Below, piece after piece: positions 50,455 through 62,973 of a DNA stretch of 64,000 nt (within the stretch, counting starts at the first letter, position 1; each line of letters starts with the position of its first letter). The notes beneath the pieces were generated by a model. The model saw only the letters and a list, made by a program, of their open reading frames with translations, made no database searches and was not told the DNA's origin. The DNA lies in the NCBI GenBank assembly GCA_032718475.1, contig JAUCBJ010004016.1, positions 1 through 64,000 on the forward strand, given 5' to 3'. The translations under genes and the position numbers were made by a program. Source of the DNA: Nemertoderma westbladi. Lineage: Eukaryota > Animalia > Xenacoelomorpha.

Positions 50455-53400
50455 GGTAGCACGAACTTAGTTCCAATCGCACATTTTCAAATGCGAACTT
50501 ATCTAGTTCCAATTGAAACGAATTTAGTTCCAAAATAAATTTTACAAAGCGAACTTAGATCCAATCGAGGCGAACTTAGTTCCAATCCCAGAATATCAAA
50601 ACGAACTTAGTTCCAATGGAAGCGAACTTAGTTCCAATGCATGCGAATTTAGTTCCAATGGAAGCGAATTTAGTTCCAATGCATGCGAATTTAGTTCCAA
50701 TGGAAGCGAATTTAGTTCCAATGCATGCGAATTTAGTTCCAATGGGTACGTACTTAGTTCCAATGTTTCAATCGTGGGGATAGCCACGTAGTAGGCGAAG
50801 CCTATTGCGTATTACCACTATTTGGGGTGGGTCACTGGTCAACAATAAATTGTAAATAATTGTAAAACCCTTTTGTCATTATTAAAAAACGAATTATTAT
50901 TAATGAATTAAATGTATAATTACACATTTTGAAATATATATTCATCACGAGTATACTGATACTGACTGACTGAGTCTGTAGTATTATATACTCAAGTCAA
51001 GCACATTGTGCCATTTTCATACCAATTACAATATTTACCAGTTGATTCGGTTTAGGTGGATGGACGTTGTTTGGGTTACGGGGTTGGGCGTAGTTTGAGT
51101 TAAGAGCTTGGGCGTTGTTTTTTACAATGAATATCATTTTAAATGATTAAATATAAATGAATTGAATTGTTTTGGTTAGGATGTTGGGCGTTTTGGTTTA
51201 GTTATTTACAATTATCATTTAACCATCCACCTAATAGTGTCATTAAACAGATTCTTCGTCAACTACGTGGCTCTCCCCACACCTGAAACATTGGAACTAA
51301 ATTAGCTTCCATTGGAACTAAATTCGCTTCCATTAGAACTAAATTCGCTTTCGTTTTCTCTAGTTATTGGAACTAAGTTCGCCTAAATTGGAACTAAATT
51401 CAGAAAAATTGGAACTAAATTCGTTTTCATTGGAACTAAATGCGCATGAGGCTTAAATTGGAACTAAATTCGCTTCCATTAGAACTAAATTCGCTTTCGT
51501 TTTCTCTAGTTATTGGAACTAAGTTCGCCTAAATTGGAACTAAATTCGCTTCCATTAGAACTAAATTCGCTTCCATTGGAACTAAATTCGCTTCCATTGG
51601 AACTAAATTCGCTTCCATTAGAACTAAATTCGCTTTCGTTTTCTCTAGTTATTGGAACTAAGTTCGCCTAAATTGGAACTAAATTCGCTTCCATTAGAAC
51701 TAAATTCGCTTCCATTGGAACTAAATTCGCTTCCATTGGAACTAAATTAGCTTCCATTGGAACTAAATTCGCTTCCATTAGAACTAAATTCGCTTTCGTT
51801 TTCTCTAGTTATTGGAACTAAGTTCGCCTAAATTGGAACTAAATTCAGAAAAATTGGAACTAAATTCGCTTCCATTAGAACTAAATTCGCTTCCATTGGA
51901 ACTAAATTCGCTTCCATTGGAACTAAATTAGCTTCCATTGGAACTAAATTCGCTTCCATTAGAACTAAATTCGCTTTCGTTTTCTCTAGTTATTGGAACT
52001 AAGTTCGCCTAAATTGGAACTAAATTCAGAAAAATTGGAACTAAATTCGTTTCCATTGGAACTAAATTAGCTTCCATTGGAACTAAATTCGCTTCCATTA
52101 GAACTAAATTCGCTTTCGTTTTCTCTAGTTATTGGAACTAAGTTCGCCTAAATTGGAACTAAATTCAGAAAAATTGGAACTAAATTCGTTTTCATTGGAA
52201 CTAAATGCGCATGAGGCTTAAATTGGAACTAAATTCGCTTCCATTAGAACTAAATTCGCTTTCGTTTTCTCTAGTTATTGGAACTAAGTTCGCCTAAATT
52301 GGAACTAAATTCGCTTCCATTAGAACTAAATTCGCTTCCATTGGAACTAAATTCGCTTCCATTGGAACTAAATTCGCTTCCATTAGAACTAAATTCGCTT
52401 TCGTTTTCTCTAGTTATTGGAACTAAGTTCGCCTAAATTGGAACTAAATTCGCTTCCATTAGAACTAAATTCGCTTCCATTGGAACTAAATTCGCTTCCA
52501 TTGGAACTAAATTCGCTTCCATTGGAACTAAATTCGCATCCATTGGAACTAAATTCGCCTAAATTGGAACTAAATTCGCTTCCATTAGAACTAAATTCGC
52601 TTCCATTGGAACTAAATTCGCTTCCATTAGAACTAAATTCGCTTTCGTTTTCTCTAGTTATTGGAACTAAATTCGCTTCCATTAGAACTAAATTCGCTTC
52701 CATTGGAACTAAATTCGCTTCCATTGGAACTAAATTCGCTTCCATTGGAACTAAATTCGCATCCATTGGAACTAAATTCGCCTAAATTGGAACTAAATTC
52801 GCTTCCATTGGAACTAAATTCGCTTCCATTGGAACTAAATTCGCTTCCATTGGAACTAAATTCGCTTCCATTAGAACTAAATTCGCTTCCATTAGAACTA
52901 AATTCGCTTCCATTGGAACTAAATTCGCTTCCATTGGAACTAAATTCGCTTCCATTGGAACTAAATTCGCTTCCATTGGAACTAAATTCGCTTCCATTAG
53001 AACTAAATTCGCTTTCGTTTTCTCTAGTTATTGGAACTAAATTCGCCTAAATTGGAACTATATTCACAAAAATTGGAACTAAATTCGTTTTCATTGGAAC
53101 TAAATGCGCATGAGGCTTAAATTGGAACTAAATTCGCTTCCATTAGAACTAAATTCGCTTTCGTTTTCTCTAGTTATTGGAACTAAGTTCGCCTAAATTG
53201 GAACTAAATTCGCTTCCATTAGAACTAAATTCGCTTCCATTGGAACTAAATTCGCTTCCATTGGAACTAAATTCGCTTCCATTAGAACTAAATTCGCTTT
53301 CGTTTTCTCTAGTTATTGGAACTAAGTTCGCCTAAATTGGAACTAAATTCGCTTCCATTAGAACTAAATTCGCTTCCATTGGAACTAAATTCGCTTCCAT

Positions 53401-54496
53401 TGGAACTAAATTCGCTTCCATTGGAACTAAATTCGCATCCATTGGAACTAAATTCGCCTAAATTGGAACTAAATTCGCTTCCATTAGAACTAAATTCGCT
53501 TCCATTGGAACTAAATTCGCTTCCATTAGAACTAAATTCGCTTTCGTTTTCTCTAGTTATTGGAACTAAATTCGCCTAAATTGGAACTATATTCGCATCC
53601 ATTGGAACTAAATTCGTATCAATTGGAACTAAATTCGCTTCCATTAGAACTAAATTCGCTTTCGTTTTCTCTAGTTATTGGAACTAAATTCGCTTCCATT
53701 AGAACTAAATTCGCTTCCATTGGAACTAAATTCGCTTCCATTGGAACTAAATTCGCTTCCATTGGAACTAAATTCGCATCCATTGGAACTAAATTCGCCT
53801 AAATTGGAACTAAATTCGCTTCCATTAGAACTAAATTCGCTTCCATTGGAACTAAATTCGCTTCCATTGGAACTAAATTCGCTTCCATTGGAACTAAATT
53901 CGCTTCCATTAGAACTAAATTCGCTTTCGTTTTCTCTAGTTATTGGAACTAAATTCGCCTAAATTGGAACTACTGTATATTCGCATCCATTGGAACTAAG
54001 TTCGCCTAAATTGGAACTAAATTCGCTTCCATTAGAACTAAATTCGCTTCCATTGGAACTAAATTCGCTTCCATTAGAACTAAATTCGCTTCCATTGGAA
54101 CTAAATTCGCTTCCATTAGAACTAAATTCGCTTCCATTGGAACTAAATTCGCTTCCATTGGAACTAAATTCGCTTCCATTGGAACTAAATTCGCTTCCAT
54201 TGGAACTAAATTCGCTTCCATTAGAACTAAATTCGCTTCCATTAGAACTAAATTCGCTTCCATTGGAACTAAATTCGCTTCCATTGGAACTAAATTCGCT
54301 TCCATTGGAACTAAATTCGCTTCCATTGGAACTAAATTCGCTTCCATTAGAACTAAATTCGCTTTCGTTTTCTCTAGTTATTGGAACTAAATTCGCCTAA
54401 ATTGGAACTATATTCACAAAAATTGGAACTAAATTCGTTTTCATTTAACGAACTAAATGCGCATGAGGCTTAAATTGGAACTAAGTACGGGGAATC
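50455..54496 (+). mobile_element. Inner copy of the same element, inserted in the opposite orientation, perfect 8-bp TSD GTTTAAAA
   Basis: Ends ggtagcacgaacttagttcc / ggaactaagtacggggaatc. gtttaaaa at 50447-50454 and 54497-54504. Core 50762-51235 is the inverse of 54505-54900. Confidence 0.85.
51290..54485. repeat. 21-bp satellite (ttggaactaaattcgcttcca) with higher-order punctuation by ttcgttttctctagtta
   Basis: Direct reading. Source of the LELNSLP and MEANLVP ORFs. Confidence 0.95.
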
Positions 54497-55037
54497 GTTT
54501 AAAATATTAGGTGGATGGGTAAATAGTAATTGTAAATAACTAACCCAAACAACGCCCAACCTCTTTAACCCAAACTACGCCCAACCTTCTAACCTAAACA
54601 ACGCCCATCCACCTAACCCAAACAACTGCTATTGTATTTGGTGTGAAAATGGCACAATGTGCTTGACTTGAGTATATACATACAGTAGTACAGTATTACA
54701 GACTCAGTCAGTCAGTATCAGTATACTCGTGATTAATATATATTTCAAAATGTGTAATTATACATTTAACTCATTAATAATAATTCGTTTTAAAAAATGA
54801 CAGAAGGGTTTTACAATTATTGTTGACCAGTGACCCACCCCAAATAGTGGCAATACGCAATAGGCTTCGCCTACTACGTGGCTATCCCCACGATTGAAAC
54901 ATTGGAACAAAGTTCGTACCCATTGGAACTAAATTCGCTTCCATTGGAACTAAATTCGCTTCCATTGGAACTAAATTCGCATGCATTGGAACTAAGTTCA
55001 AATGCATTGGAACTAAGTTCGTTTTGATATTTTGGGA

Positions 55038-57365
55038 TTGGAACTAAGTTCGCTTTATAAAATTTATTTTTAAACTAAATTCGTTTCAATATTGGAACTA
55101 AGTTCGCTTTATAAAATTTATTTTTAAACTAAATTCGTTTCAATATTGGAACTAAGTTCGCTTTATAAAATTTATTTTTAAACTAAATTCGTTTCAATAT
55201 TGGAACTAAGTTCGCTTTATAAAATTTATTTTTAAACTAAATTCGTTTCAATATTGGAACTAAGTTCGCTTTATAAAATTTATTTTTAAACTAAATTCGT
55301 TTCAATATTGGAACTAAGTTCGCTTTATAAAATTTATTTTTAAACTAAATTCGTTTCAATATTGGAACTAAGTTCGCTTTATAAAATTTATTTTTAAACT
55401 AAATTCGTTTCAATATTGGAACTACTGTAAGTTCGCTTTATAAACTTTATTTTTAAACTAAATTCGTTTCAATATTGGAACTAAGTTCGCTTTATAAAAT
55501 TTATTTTTAAACTAAATTCGTTTCAATATTGGAACTAAGTTCGCTTTATAAAATTTATTTTTAAACTAAATTCGTTTCAATATTGGAACTAAGTTTGCTT
55601 TATAAAATTTATTTTTAAACTAAATTCGTTTCAATATTGGAACTAAGTTCGCTTTATAAAATTTATTTTTAAACTAAATTCGTTTCAATATTGGAACTAA
55701 GTTCAAATGCATTGGAACTAAGTTCGTTTTGATATTTTGGGATTGGAACTAAGTTCGCTTTATAAAATTTATTTTTAAACTAAATTCGTTTCAATATTGG
55801 AACTAAGTTCGCTTTATAAAATTTATTTTTAAACTAAATTCGTTTCAATATTGGAACTAAGTTCGCTTTATAAAATTTATTTTTAAACTAAATTCGTTTC
55901 AATATTGGAACTAAGTTCGCTTTATAAAATTTATTTTTAAACTAAATTCGTTTCAATATTGGAACTAAGTTCGCTTTATAAAATTTATTTTTAAACTAAA
56001 TTCGTTTCAATATTGGAACTAAGTTCAAATGCATTGGAACTAAGTTCGTTTTGATATTTTGGGATTGGAACTAAGTTCGCTTTATAAAATTTATTTTTAA
56101 ACTAAATTCGTTTCAATATTGGAACTAAGTTCGCTTTATAAAATTTATTTTTAAACTAAATTCGTTTCAATATTGGAACTAAGTTCGCTTTATAAAATTT
56201 ATTTTTAAACTAAATTCGTTTCAATATTGGAACTAAGTTCGCTTTATAAAATTTATTTTTAAACTAAATTCGTTTCAATATTGGAACTAAGTTCGCTTTA
56301 TAAAATTTATTTTTAAACTAAATTCGTTTCAATATTGGAACTAAGTTCGCTTTATAAAATTTATTTTTAAACTAAATTCGTTTCAATATTGGAACTAAGT
56401 TCGCTTTATAAAATTTATTTTTAAACTAAATTCGTTTCAATATTGAAACTAAGTTCGCTTTATAAAATTTATTTTTAAACTAAATTCGTTTCAATATTGG
56501 AACTAAGTTCGCTTTATAAAATTTATTTTTAAACTAAATTCGTTTCAATATTGGAACTAAGTTCGCTTTATAAAATTTATTTTTAAACTAAATTCGTTTC
56601 AATATTGGAACTAAGTTCGCTTTATAAAATTTATTTTTAAACTAAATTCGTTTCAATATTGGAACTAAGTTCGCTTTATAAAATTTATTTTTAAACTAAA
56701 TTCGTTTCAATATTGGAACTACTGTAAGTTCGCTTTATAAACTTTATTTTTAAACTAAATTCGTTTCAATATTGGAACTAAGTTCGCTTTATAAAATTTA
56801 TTTTTAAACTAAATTCGTTTCAATATTGGAACTAAGTTCGCTTTATAAAATTTATTTTTAAACTAAATTCGTTTCAATATTGGAACTAAGTTTGCTTTAT
56901 AAAATTTATTTTTAAACTAAATTCGTTTCAATATTGGAACTAAGTTCGCTTTATAAAATTTATTTTTAAACTAAATTCGTTTCAATATTGGAACTAAGTT
57001 CAAATGCATTGGAACTAAGTTCAAATGCATTGGAACTAAGTTCGTTTTGATATTTTGGGATTGGAACTAAGTTCGCTTTATAAAATTTATTTTTAAACTA
57101 AATTAGTTTCAATATTGGAACTAAGTTCGCTTTATAAAATTTATTTTTAAACTAAATTCGTTTCAATATTGGAACTAAGTTCGCTTTATAAAATTTATTT
57201 TTAAACTAAATTCGTTTCAATATTGGAACTAAGTTCGCTTTATAAAATTTATTTTTAAACTAAATTCGTTTCAATATTGGAACTAAGTTCGCTTTATAAA
57301 ATTTATTTTTAAACTAAATTCGTTTCAATATTGGAACTAAGTTCAAATGCATTGGAACTAAGTTC
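55038..57365. repeat. AT-rich 54-bp satellite, ~40 copies
   Basis: Unit attggaactaagttcgctttataaaatttatttttaaactaaattcgtttcaat. Confidence 0.95.
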
Positions 57366-57379
57366 GTTCGTGCGATTGC

Positions 57380-57655
57380 GCCCAGGTGAAGAATACCAGG
57401 ATTTCACTTTTCGGTCGACTTTTTAATGGAATTTTATATATGAAGTTTTATATTTTTTTTAATTTATCTTTATTAAGTGTTTTATAGCGCTTATTTCTGT
57501 CTTATAACCTGTACATATACTAATTCGTTTATTGTTTTGGTTAGATTCAGCCCTTCTGTAACCTGTGGTTTTGGTGAAAACCTGGTATTCTTCACATGGG
57601 GGTAACTGCAAAGTGAAATATAACGGCAGAAAGTCTGGTATTCTTCACATGGGCC
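57380..57655. mobile_element. Harbinger-like MITE (complete copy) nested in the outer element's arm
   Basis: TIR gcccaggtgaagaataccag / ctggtattcttcacatgggc. Confidence 0.78.
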
Positions 57656-58829
57656 TGCAATTATAACTAAGTTTGTGCTACCGTTTCGCTACAGGTAAAC
57701 TACCCCCCCCCCCCTTCCAATCCCACGTAAAACTTCCCTAGAATAGCCCCTGGAGTGGATTTACCCAGAAATTGTCTGGCGCTGGGGGGGGGGGGGGGGG
57801 GGGTGACAGACAGTCCTGTCTGCTCGAAATGACACGATTAATTTTTTAAGTTTTCTTCAGTAGGCCTACAGTTTATTAATAAAACATTACAAAAGTCTCA
57901 TTGTGACAGATTAATAATAACAATAAGAATTGACCCGTATCCAATACTATTCTCCTTATTATTGCATTGCTTTGCTTGCACCATTCCCACCTATGTGGAA
58001 GGTTGGATGGACTCCAATAATAGTACCTTCCTTCTAATTGGCTACTTAATATTTCTGATGGTGCTCTATCAACCATGCCATCCCCAGCCACTACTGTTAC
58101 CTTAGCTTACCGAGGCGTCCCTATTGAATAATAAAGAGAAACCGCCACCATATCCGCTTCATAATTATCTTTTTTGCAGTTAGTTCAAATGAATGGTTTC
58201 TTTATTTAGTTATTTTTTTTTTACTTAATATTGTAAACAATAGGAAGTAATAGGAAACAACTGGAAGAATGTTGTAGGCCTAATATATTTTACTCGATAA
58301 CAAAAAGTATTGGAAAGAATCCCTTTAAGCCACAAATCTGCATTGCCCGAAATTTAATTACAAAGTTAGAGCTTTGCTTTCCCCGAGGGGACAGGCAGGG
58401 GGGGGGGGGGGGGGGGGGTATTGATGTAAATCCCACATCGGCGAATTAAAATCTCACCTCAATGTTATAATATCATTTAAGATAAATTATCAGGTGACAG
58501 TAGCGGTAGGCCCTACGTTATTCTATCCAAAACAATAAACAAAAGTTAATAGAACAGGTTACAGTTTTATTTTTTTTGGAGTAATCAGCTGTTATTTGCG
58601 TCGATTTTCCCCCGGAGAGGGACGGATTTCACTAATAACAGGTTACATGGGCTGAATCTAACCAAAACAATAAACGAATTAGATCTCCACTGGATAGAAG
58701 ATAGAAATCAGCGCTATTAAAAAGCTTGATAATGATAATTGAAAAAAAATACAAATTCTTCATATTTCGACCAAAAATTTTAAAACATGGTATTCTTCGC
58801 ATGGGCGACAAACTTTGATACTATATACA

Positions 58830-60497
58830 ATATACATACCGCATTCATCCGCATACACATACCGCATTCATACGCATACACATACGGGGCCTACCGTATT
58901 CATCCGCATACACATACGGGGCCTACCGCATTCATCCGCATACACATACCGCATTCATCCGCATACACATACCGCATTCATCCGCATACACATACCACAT
59001 TCATCCGCATACACATACGGGGCCTACAGCATTCATCCGCATGCACATACCACATTCATCCGCATACACATACCGCATTCATCCGCATACACATATGGGG
59101 CCTGCCGCATTCATCCGCATACACATAGCGCATTCATCCGCATACACATACCGCATTCATCCGCATACACATACGGGGCCTACTGCATTCATCCGCATAC
59201 ACATACGGGGCCTACCGCATTCATCCGCATACACATACGGGGCCTACCGCATTCATCCGCATACACATACGGGGCCTACTGCATTCATCCGCATACACAT
59301 ACGGGGCCTACCGCATTCATCCGCATACACATACGGGGCCTACCGCATTCATCCGCATACACATACCACATTCATCCGCATACACATACCGCATTCATCC
59401 GCATACACATACCGCCTTCATCCGCATACACATATGGGGCCTACCGCATTCATCCGCATACACATACCGCATTCATCCGCATACACATACCGCATTCATC
59501 CGCATACACATATGGGGCCTACCGCATTCATCCGCATACACATACCGCATTCATCCGCATACACATACCACATTCATCCGCATACACATACCTCATTCAT
59601 CCTCATACACATATGGGGCCTACTGCGTTCATCCGCATACACATACCGCATTCATCCGCATACACATACCACATTCATCCTCATACACATACCGCATCAT
59701 CCGCATACACATACCGCATTCATCCACATACAGATACGGGGCCTACCTCATTCATCCGCATACACATACCGCATTCATCCGCATACACATACGGGGCCTA
59801 CTGCATTCATCCGCATGCACATACCACATTCATCCGCATACACATACCGCATTCATCCGCATACACATATGGGGCCTGCCGCATTCATCCGCATACACAT
59901 AGCGCATTCATCCGCATACACATACCGCATTCATCCGCATACACATACGGGGCCTACTGCATTCATCCGCATACACATACGGGGCCTACCGCATTCATCC
60001 GCATACACATACGGGGCCTACCGCATTCATCCGCATACACATACGGGGCCTACTGCATTCATCCGCATACACATACGGGGCCTACCGCATTCATCCGCAT
60101 ACACATACGGGGCCTACCGCATTCATCCGCATACACATACCACATTCATCCGCATACACATACCGCATTCATCCGCATACACATACCGCATTCATCCGCA
60201 TACACATATGGGGCCTACCGCATTCATCCGCATACACATACCGCATTCATCCGCATACACATACCACATTCATCCGCATACACATACCTCATTCATCCTC
60301 ATACACATATGGGGCCTACTGCGTTCATCCGCATACACATACCGCATTCATCCGCATACACATACCACATTCATCCTCATACACATACCGCATCATCCGC
60401 ATACACATACCGCATTCATCCACATACAGATACGGGGCCTACCTCATTCATCCGCATACACATACCGCATTCATCCGCATACACATACCACATTCAT
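58830..60497. repeat. 23/32-bp satellite (ccgcattcatccgcatacacata with or without cggggccta) containing a ~0.77-kb higher-order duplication
   Basis: Direct reading. Rare variants gcatgcac, ggggcctgcc and catagcg recur ~774 bp apart. Confidence 0.93.
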
Positions 60498-60704
60498 ACT
60501 TTGTCTGTCCGCTAGTCTGTCTATCTGTCGTGTCGATCAATATTAAGGCAAATAACTCAAGTCAATCTTTGATGAAATGAATCCACACTTCGTGATACAA
60601 TTGTATGTAGTCTGTCAAATTGAATATACAATTTGGCATTGGGATTCAACAGTTATCCAGTCTACCGCTAGAGGGCGAAATGGCAGATTTGTAATATACC
60701 AACT

Positions 60705-60775
60705 AGCTGGTGGAGTGGTCACCCGCTTTGCTTCTTGCTGGGAGATAGCGGGTTCGATATGGAGGAAACCTGGCT
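60705..60775 (+). mobile_element. Degenerate tRNA-derived SINE head
   Basis: A-box-like tggtggagtgg and B-box-like ggttcgatat at tRNA spacing. No cloverleaf. Confidence 0.4.
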
Positions 60776-61232
60776 TCTACTGGGGAAGTAAAGGGTTGGA
60801 AAATTACGGAGTACCCTTGGGAGTGCCCCCCTCCCTGCCTTATATGTAACCCAAGAGAGAGGAGCCTTCGGTATGTCTCCGGTGTTTCGTGTTTCGCACG
60901 TTCAACGATCACTTTCCTTTTCACTTCAGCTAAACTTACAAGACGAGAAATTGCACACCTTTAGTGGGACTAGGGCCTATTACTGTATGTATTAGTATAA
61001 TACTATAGTATATATAGTACTATAACCAGAAATCAAGTGATTTTCACCTCATTTGCGTAGGCCATATCACCAGTGATTTCTACTCTGAAAAATTTAACCT
61101 AGAACAACCTTTTCGTGAGAAAAAATAGACAGTGTGTAATGAATAGTAATATAATTATTCTATTCAATTACCAGCCGTCAATATAATTGACTAACAATAA
61201 TTTCATAGTTCAAACACAATGAAATCATTAAA

Positions 61233-61494
61233 ATGTGTAAATTTATTTCAACAATAATTTATATAATTTTTATATTGTCGGAGTTTACAACCGCTAAGCT
61301 AATGTTAAATACAGAAGACAATCAACCTGGAGGTGGTGCTTCTGAAACTGAAAGTATTTCAGAAAGTCAGTACGTCTCCTTATTAACTGAACCGTGCGCT
61401 GCTGAATGTAGCGAACCTAATCGGTACTGTATTCCTCCCAGCGCGTTGGACTCTAACTGTAAATGTGTTTGCGATGACGGAACAAGTGGCTGCG
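61233..61494 (+). CDS. Secreted or membrane EGF-like/LDLa-repeat protein, coding exon 1 (signal peptide plus Cys-rich module)
   Basis: Hydrophobic MCKFISTIIYIIFILSEFTTA, then CAAECSEPNRYC...NCKCVCDDGTSGC. Phase-1 donor g|gtaagt. Confidence 0.65.
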
Positions 61495-62050
61495 GTAAGT
61501 CTATCTCATCGTAGTTAATTAGAAATTCAAATCATAGAGTTAAAATACACAGACGGCAGGGCAGGCATGGAATATATTATTTGTAGGCCGGCCTAATCCT
61601 TTTGTTTATAATTATTGTCCCTGCTACGCTACAGTGGCATATCCATTTTTGGGACATCCTAGAGTGCTGGAGTGTCCCGGGATATTCTCAAATGGAGAAG
61701 TTGGGGATATCATCCTCACGAGATATCCACAAAATAAAGTATTTAGTTGTAAAGTGCCAACTTTGGCAGCTCTTAACTACCGTACGAGGGTTTGACAGTA
61801 CCTACAGTACATTATTTTCAATGCTTCAATGTAAATCAGTATTATTGTTCTGAGATCATGGGATTTCCCCAAAAGTCCGAAGAGAGGATATCCGTGGGAT
61901 ATTTCAAGACAGTAGGCCTACATTTACTACAGGCAGTGGCTTTCTTTATGTCATAGACGGAATAACAGCACCGGTATGCATTCAAAGTGAAAAAAAAAGT
62001 ATTCACATTCGCATTGCTGATAAATTGTTTCCGGTTTATCTTATTTATAG

Positions 62051-62230
62051 AAGACGATTTGCGGATCGAATGCGAGGATGATTCCTTTAGCTGCCGCAAC
62101 GGGAACTGCGTGAACCCGCATAAATTGTGCGACAGCATTGACGACTGTGGGGACAACAGCGACGAATTAACTACTCACAGCGCATGTCGCAAGTCACATA
62201 TATCGGATATCGTCTGCCCCCCCGACTCAG
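62051..62230 (+). CDS. Exon 2: LDL-receptor class A repeat
   Basis: ttatttatag| acceptor. [32 protein letters not shown]...C is a canonical LDLa. Symmetric phase 1-1, 180 nt, donor cag|gtaaaa. Confidence 0.85.
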
Positions 62231-62343
62231 GTAAAAACGACACATCGGTATTATAATTCCTTACGAAATTTCCACAACTTATAACGAACACCACGTCCGT
62301 GTTGCATGGAGCTTCAATAACAATGCGCAATAATTGATTTTAG

Positions 62344-62516
62344 ATTACCCCGGATATATTTATGATGATTCGTTTGTTTGCGACATGTGGCCCAGCTGTA
62401 ACGAATCTCTCTACGCCTGCGTTCGACCCGGCGACCGTTTACTAGAACATTATAAATACTATCAGCCTCAATTGTTACAACTTTACTGCTCTCCATCAGA
62501 TAAACACAAATCCCAG
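62344..62516 (+). CDS. Exon 3: degenerate LDLa-like Cys segment; gene probably continues downstream
   Basis: attttag| acceptor in phase 1. DYPGYIYDDSFVCDMWPSCNE...; donor cag|gtaaga. Confidence 0.65.
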
Positions 62517-62935
62517 GTAAGATAAAAGTTACTGTAAGATATAAGTTACTGCTGTACTGCGGACGTACGACAGTTGTACCGCGCGGTCATAGTGCTGCTG
62601 TTATATGTAGTTGCGCATTAATTACTATGAGGCCTAATTACAGCACTTCAGTAGTACCTATCCTACACGTGCATTTGCATTACGTTATCTTACCGTCTCT
62701 TAATATTCCGACAGTCTACCTACTGCATTCACCACCCGTTTGAAAGTTTTAATTGCTTTTCAAGATTTTAAATTAGTATTTAATTTTAAATTTCAGACCT
62801 GCCTGTCACTACTTACTTCGTTCGATTTCTGTATTAATACTTTACTATTAAAGTGCCATCCTCAATTCCGTAGGTTCTAAATTTGTATGTATCTTTTTTT
62901 TAAATAATTGTATTGCTTTAATATTTTATATACTA

Positions 62936-62973
62936 GCCCTGAAGAAGCCCGTGAGGGTGAAACGGCTGTCGGC
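62936..62973 (+). ncRNA. Minimal type I hammerhead ribozyme motif (Penelope-like retroelement type)
   Basis: gcc-CTGAAGA-a-gccc(gtga)gggt-GAAA-c-ggct-GTC-ggc: CUGANGA core, stem II with GNRA loop, GAAA, short stem III, GUC cleavage triplet, 3-bp stem I. Confidence 0.7.

Larger units (their letters stand above)
50194..57682 (-). mobile_element. Outer copy of a foldback-like element with ttggaactaa repeat arms, 8-bp TSD
   Basis: Ends gattccccgtacttagttcc / aactaagtttgtgctacc. TSD gtttcgtt (50186-50193) / gtttcgct (57683-57690). Confidence 0.8.

Noticed and set aside
50168-54400. LELNSLP heptad ORFs resembling leucine-rich repeats or leucine zippers
   Set aside because: Translation of the 21-bp transposon arm repeat, repeatedly broken by stops and frame changes.
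58787-60546. His-rich 500-aa ORFs
   Set aside because: Translation of the 23/32-bp satellite. Unit lengths are not multiples of 3 and all frames give the same peptide.
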